Assembly (NCBI RefSeq): GCF_009914755.1
Contig: NC_060933.1
Source of the DNA: the human T2T-CHM13v2.0 reference genome, Homo sapiens
Direction: 5' to 3' (one strand)
DNA length: 64,000 bases
Shown: positions 54,484 through 64,000 of the stretch, piece after piece
How the letters are laid out: every line of letters begins with the position of its first letter
How positions within the stretch are numbered: position 1 is the first letter of the stretch
Made by a program: the position numbers and the translations under genes
Notes under the pieces: generated by a model
Database searches by the model: none
Seen by the model: only the letters and a program-made list of their open reading frames with translations
Told to the model about the DNA's origin: nothing

Positions 54484-55000
54484 CACCTGCCGCCGCCCGC
54501 CTGTGGGTCAAGTTACGTAAAGCCGGGCGGCAGTTCCCTGGCCTCCGCCCTCGAGTTGTTTATATTTTGTGGGAAAGGAGAGGGTCATGAGTGCGGGATG
54601 AAAAGGTCTATATTTTCCGAGCGGAGCGGACTTGCCGTGGGCTCCGTGGGTCTGGCGTTCAAGTCCCGGCGAGGGGCCGTTCTCTACCCCTGGCCCCGCA
54701 CGGTCCGGCTTTAGCCGCGCGGGGCGAGGAGGCGAGACGACGCCTTCCTGGGCTGGGTCCCATCCCTGTCCTTTGCCCCCCTGGGTTTATGACGAAGGCC
54801 CCAGAAATCCCCCGCGTGTTGCATGCTGCCTCGCACGTGAAGGCAGGGCGCTGTGACCGGGGACGCCCGCTTCCTTGCTTCCCCAGCCTCAATTCCTGGC
54901 TTCACCCGTGGTGCTTTCTGCTCTCCCCCTTCCGGCCCTAGGACCCGGACGCCGGCTCTCTCTCGCCTGGGTTCGGCGGATAACAAAAAGGAAACTCAAG
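53600..55000. promoter_or_regulatory. CpG-island promoter of VPS13A, no TATA box seen
   Basis: Abrupt GC/CpG enrichment; GC boxes (ggggcgggg ~53869, ccgccccgccc ~53825); NRF1-like tgcgcacgcg ~54076. Confidence 0.9.
54271..54370 (+). CDS. VPS13A: VPS13A (chorein) first coding exon, Chorein_N start; 100 nt, phase-1 intron follows
   Basis: [33 protein letters not shown](G) is the chorein N-terminus; strong Kozak aacATGg; donor AAG|GTAAGG at 54370/54371. Confidence 0.97.
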
Positions 55001-55779
55001 TGCAAAGTAACTCAAACAGTTGCTTGTGTGGTTGCAGTTAACAGCCTGACCTAGGAATGTGTCACATTTTCAAGACTTTAGGATATGTGGGTCAGAGTGA
55101 ATTGCCGAATTTTAAAGAAAAACCAGGGCGTGCGGTGCAACGTCTCAGACCTGCAAAAGACCGGGCTGAACAGGGCCCTACGCTGCCTAGGTGGTGAAGG
55201 ACCGAGCTTTCCTTGTGTCCGTTTAGTGTGGTATTCTGCCTTAGTGAGAGCCTCATTTTTAGTGTTTCCATCTGTTTTTGCATTATGCGCTTGTTTATTT
55301 TAAACACCCGCTAGAAATTAGACTCCTTTGTGAAATGAATTTCCCAGGCCAAAGTGAGGGTTAATTTTGTGTGTGAAGTGTGTGTGTTTAAATATATATT
55401 TAAAGTAATTTATTCTTGTCTGTGCACACACTTCCAGTCTTCTTCTAAAATACTTACCTTGACTCTTCTCGTTTATGAGATAATGTAAACAGGTAGTTTA
55501 GTTTGATTTTAAAGAATGTTACTACCGTGGGGACCTAGTATCATGATGGAGAGTGAGTGGACTACAAAAGCTAGGGATATAGTGATAGCTGCTCAGCCTG
55601 TTTGATTAGTACAAGAAACTTGCAGTCTGTTTATGCTGCTTCTTAGTTGCAAAGTGAAAATAAAATTTGTCTCCCATGTACCTCAGAAGGAAGCCTTAAG
55701 AATACTTGAGGTGAACTTTGATCTGTAGTGGAGTCTTGCTTCCACATTCAGGGTGGAGGTTTGTCTAGAGTGTGATTAA

Positions 55780-57430
55780 TCAACTTATTTATTTGTTTAA
55801 AATTTACATGCAGTAAAATTCACTCTTGTGATACAGTTCTGTCTTGACAAATGCTAAGAGGCATGTATGCACCACCACAATAATGGCACATAAAAGGTTC
55901 ATCAAGCCTCCCGAATTCTCTCAGCTGCTCCTTTGCAGTTGATCTCACCCCGCCACCACGCCCGGCTAATTTTTAGTAGAGAGGGGGTTTTGCAATGTTG
56001 GCCAGGCTGGTCTCAAACTCCTGACCTCAAGTAATCCGCCTGCCTCTGCCTCCCAAAGTGCTGGGATTACAGGCGTGAGCCACTGCGCCCGCCTGACTGT
56101 AAGTATTTATCTGTTTGCTGGTTGAAGAATATTTCAGTTTTTGGAGGTTATAAATAAAGCCGTCATAAACATTCACGTACGGGTGTTTGTGTGAACATAA
56201 TTGTTATTTCTCTTGGATAAATACCTAAGAGTGGTTTTAAATTGGGTTGTACGTTTTTTTTTTTTTTTTTGAGATTTATTTCATATACCATAAATTTCAC
56301 TCTTTTAAAATGTACAATTCAGTGTTTTTTAGTATAGTCACAAAATTGTACAACCATCACCACTCTCTCATTCCGGAATATTTCAGCACCCCAAAATTAA
56401 ATCGTATGTCCATTAGGAGTGACTCCCAATTTCCTCCCTTCTCACTACTCCACCTCTGGCAACCACTAATCTTTCTGTCTTTATGGATTTGGTAATTCTG
56501 GACATTTCATTTAAATGGAATTATATGATATGTGGCCTTTTGTTTCTGGCTTCTTTAACCTAATGTATTTTCAAGGTTCCTCCATGTTGAAGGATGTATG
56601 ACTATTTCATTTGCTCTTAGGGTTGAATAATATTCCATTATATTCATAGACCACAATTTATTTATCTATACTCACCAGTTGCTGGATGTTTAGATTATTC
56701 CTAAACATCCACCTTTTGGATATTATGAATAATGCCACTGAACATTCATGTACAAGTTTTTTTGTGGATGTATGTTTTAAATTCTCTTGGATATATACCT
56801 AGAAGTGGAATTGCTGGGTCATATGCTGACTTTGTGTAACCTTTTGAGGAACAGCCAAACTCTTTTTCCAGAGTGTTTGTTTTCTTATGGTTGAGTTTTG
56901 AGAGTTCTTTAAATATTAAGGATACAATTTCTTCATCAGATATGTAATTTGAAAATACTTTCTCAGTCTTTTCCCATTTTGTCTTTTGCAGAGCATACAT
57001 TTTTGATTTTGGGAAAAGCCCAGTTTATAAAACATTTCTTTTATGAATCATGGCTTTTGGTATTCATATCTAAGAAATCTTTTCCCAACCCAAAGTCAAA
57101 GATGTTCTCCTGTGTTTTCTTAAGGAAGTTTTGTAGTTTTAGGTTTTGGATTTCTTTTTGTATAAGGTGTGTGATATGTGTTGAAGGTTGAGGTTCATTT
57201 GTTTGCATGTGGATGCAAATATCCAATTGTTTAGCACCACTTGCTAAGAAAGAGGATCCTTTCTCTATTGAATTATCTTTGCATTTCGTAAAAAAAAAAT
57301 CAGTAGACTTAATATTGTGTGGCTTTAGTCTGTCTCAATCTGTGTGTCTATCATTTCACCAATACTACACTGTCTTGATAACTGTGTCTTTGTAGTTAGT
57401 CTAGAAATCAGGTAATGTGATCCCTCTAAC
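55780..57430 (-). mobile_element. Old L1M fragments with an Alu left-arm fragment (~55950-56093)
   Basis: L1 3'UTR/ORF2 motifs (atatacctagaagtggaattgctgggtcatatg); ORFs 56746-57000 and 57041-57226 are L1 ORF2-like. Confidence 0.8.
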
Positions 57431-57471
57431 TTTAGTCTTTAACAAATAATTTAAAAAATAACAAGTCATTG

Positions 57472-59007
<1,536 letters not shown>

Positions 59008-59739
59008 TAGGTGCTTATTATGAATACAGAACCTGCCCCCAGAGATTATAAATTATTTATCTGGAGTAGGACATGAAAATATTTTTTTAAACAAATGACA
59101 CTGGGGACTTGATGCACAGTTGGGTACATTTTAAGAGAACATTAAGGGGAAAAGTATTAGAATTTTAAATAGACAAAAGCAGTAGTAAAAGTGGCTTGTG
59201 TGATAGAATTATCATTTGTAACACAGGAAGTACCTGTACTTCATAGCCCCTTCTTAAGTTAGCCTCCTTTGTCTCTATTTTGTTTTCTCCGAAATCACAA
59301 TACTTGGACAAATTTGTAATTTTTTTTTGATAATGCCTGACATCTTTATGTAACATTAGAAGTTCAGATTTCTTGTCTATTAACTAACATACGTATTCTG
59401 TTTTTGAAATGTTAATCTCCCAGTTTTCCCTTTATAATAGAATCATGTGTTTAGTGGCCACTTAGCTGGATACCGCCATGATACCAGAAGCAGTACAAAA
59501 GATGAAGATTCAGTTAGGATACAGTTTTCGATTTTTAAGGAGTCATTCTTCTGTGCCCAGAATACACTAGGGAGCCAAACAAATGATTCTTACAGTCTGG
59601 TGTTAATGACCAATTCTAATTCCTTATGTATTATTTTTATATTTATGTTCTAAGATACTTTAATAAAACTTTAAAGACTATGAAACATTTTATTATAAAA
59701 AGTGTTAGGAGATTTTACAGTGCCTCTCCATATACCCAT

Positions 59740-61365
<1,626 letters not shown>

Positions 61366-61399
61366 ATGTTTAGCACTCAGTATCTCCAGGGGTTTAGTT

Positions 61400-62150
<751 letters not shown>

Positions 62151-62413
62151 AGAAAAACCTTTATTTTCCTTTGACAGTGTCTTATCATATTTATAGCTGT
62201 TTTCTGTTTTGTTATACTTGTTTCCTTTTTAAACAGTCTTCCCCTCCTCTTTTGCCCTCTCTGGTTTTAATTGATCATGTGATATGATTTAATTTTTTTC
62301 TCCTGTCTTAGCATACCAATTATGCTTCTTAAACAATTTATTTAAGTGGTTGTATTACAGTTTGTGCTGTTCACTTAAAACTAGTCCAAGTCCACGTCCA
62401 AATAACATTATAG

Positions 62414-64000
62414 GTCAGGTACAGTGGCTCACGCCTGTAATTCCAGCATTTTGGGGGACTGAGGCTGGCGGATCATTTAAGGTTAAGAGTACGAGACCTG
62501 CCTGGTCAACATGGTGAAACCCCATCTCTACTAGAAATACAAAAAATTTGCTGAGCATGGTAATGTGCGCCTGTAGTCTCAGCTACTCAGGAGGCTGAGG
62601 TATGAGAATCTCTTGAACTGGGAGGCAGTGAGCCGAGATTGTGCCACTTCACTCTAGCCTGGGCGACAGTGCGAAACTCTGTCTCAAAAAACACAAAAAC
62701 AAAAATCCCACTATACTACTTCATGGAAAATGGAGGTAGTATATGTAATACTCTATCTTACAATACAGTATACAGATTCCTCCCTTCTGCCCATTGTAAC
62801 ATTGTTGTCATTAATTTCACTTACCTATAAGCTGTAATAATCCAATGCATTGCTGCTATTAGTATTTTAGACATTTTTCTATTAATTTAAGAATAAGGAA
62901 GAAAAGACTTAATTTACCTTCATCTCTTAATTCTCTAATGCTCCTGTGAATCTGAGTTTTTGGTTTAAATCATTTTCCTTCTTTCTGAAGAACTCCTTTA
63001 TTTATTTGTTTTTTTTAATTTTTGAGATGGAGTCCTGCTGTGTTGCCCAGCCTGGAGTGCAGTGGCGCAGTCTCTGCTTACTGCAACCTCTGCCTCCTGG
63101 GTTCAAGCGATTCTCCTGCCTCAGCCTCCTAAGTAGCTGGGACTACAGATGCATGCCACCATGCCCAGCTAATTTTTGTATTTTTAGTAGAAATGGGGTT
63201 TCACTATGTTGACCAGAATGGTCTTGATCTCTTGACCTAGTAATCTGCCCGCCTCGGCCTCCCAAAGTGCTGGGATTACAGGTGTGACCCACCACACCCG
63301 GCCTATCTTAACCATTTTAAGTGTACACTTCATGTCATTAAGTACACTTACATTGTGCAACCATCACCACCATTCATCTCCTGACTTCACCATTATTCAT
63401 CTCCTGAATTCTTCATCTTGCAAAACTGAACCACTTACCCGTTAAGCAATGACTACCCATTCCACCGTCTTCCCAGACCCCAGTAACCGTTATTCTACTT
63501 TTGATGTCTGTAAATTCGAATACTTGAAGTATAAGTGGAATTATACAGTATTTGCCATTTGTTATTGGTTTCTTTTACTTGGCATAATGTCCTCAAGGTG
63601 CATCCGTGTTGTAGGAAATGTCAGCATTTCAATAATTTTTCAAGCTAAATAGTATCCCATTGTATGTATATACTGCATTTTGTTTCTCCATTCATCTGTT
63701 GATGAATAGTTGGGCAGCTTCCACCTTTTGGCTGTTGTGAATAATGGTGTTATGAATGTGGATATTTTTCTTTGAAGTTCAGTCTGTGCTGTCAGATTTT
63801 TGGGTTACATACCCAGAAGCAGAATTACTGGATCATATAGTAATTCCATTATCAATTTTTTTGAGGAATTATCATACTACTTTCTATAGTGACTGCACCA
63901 TTTTACATTCCTACCAACAGTGTACAAAGGTCACCATTTCTCCACATCCTCACCAACATTTATTTTCTCTTTTTTTGATAGTAGTTATCCTAATGGATAT
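62414..64000. mobile_element. Sense Alu (~62414-62700), antisense Alu (~63005-63303), antisense L1M 3' fragment (~63310-64000)
   Basis: Alu dimers; L1 motifs (acccagaagcagaattactggatcata; ccattttacattcctaccaacagtg). Confidence 0.85.

Noticed and set aside
53750-54511. 253-aa and 230-aa minus-strand ORFs
   Set aside because: They start at TTG/GTG, are low-complexity R/P/A/G and are expected in stop-poor CpG-island DNA
54371-54714. Continuation of the 147-aa ORF beyond ...GIWKG
   Set aside because: Read-through into intron 1 past a strong donor; chorein similarity ends at 54370

Overview
Primate (almost certainly human, 9q21) genomic DNA: about 53 kb of repeat-rich intergenic sequence, then the CpG-island promoter, first coding exon and first ~9.6 kb of intron 1 of VPS13A (chorein). 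The only supportable protein-coding sequence is VPS13A exon 1 (54271-54370, [33 protein letters not shown]|G, GT donor at 54371). Nearly all other listed ORFs are Alu, L1, LTR or microsatellite artefacts. Repeats include about 50 Alus, MaLR/ERVL LTRs, old L1/L2/MIR fragments, one L1PA 3' end and several DNA-transposon MITEs. Repeat subfamily names are from recall of consensus sequences and boundaries are approximate. I see no wholly new biological system. The best leads are: (1) a divergent pair of near-consensus CTCF motifs (27.4 kb reverse, 44.1 kb forward) resembling a domain boundary upstream of VPS13A; (2) a sequence-derived 3-exon antisense transcript model overlapping VPS13A exon 1, whose spliced form has a 57-aa ORF starting on the same CATG palindrome as VPS13A; (3) a 5'UTR G-quadruplex motif; (4) a templated-insertion scar and a chimeric AluY/AluS element.
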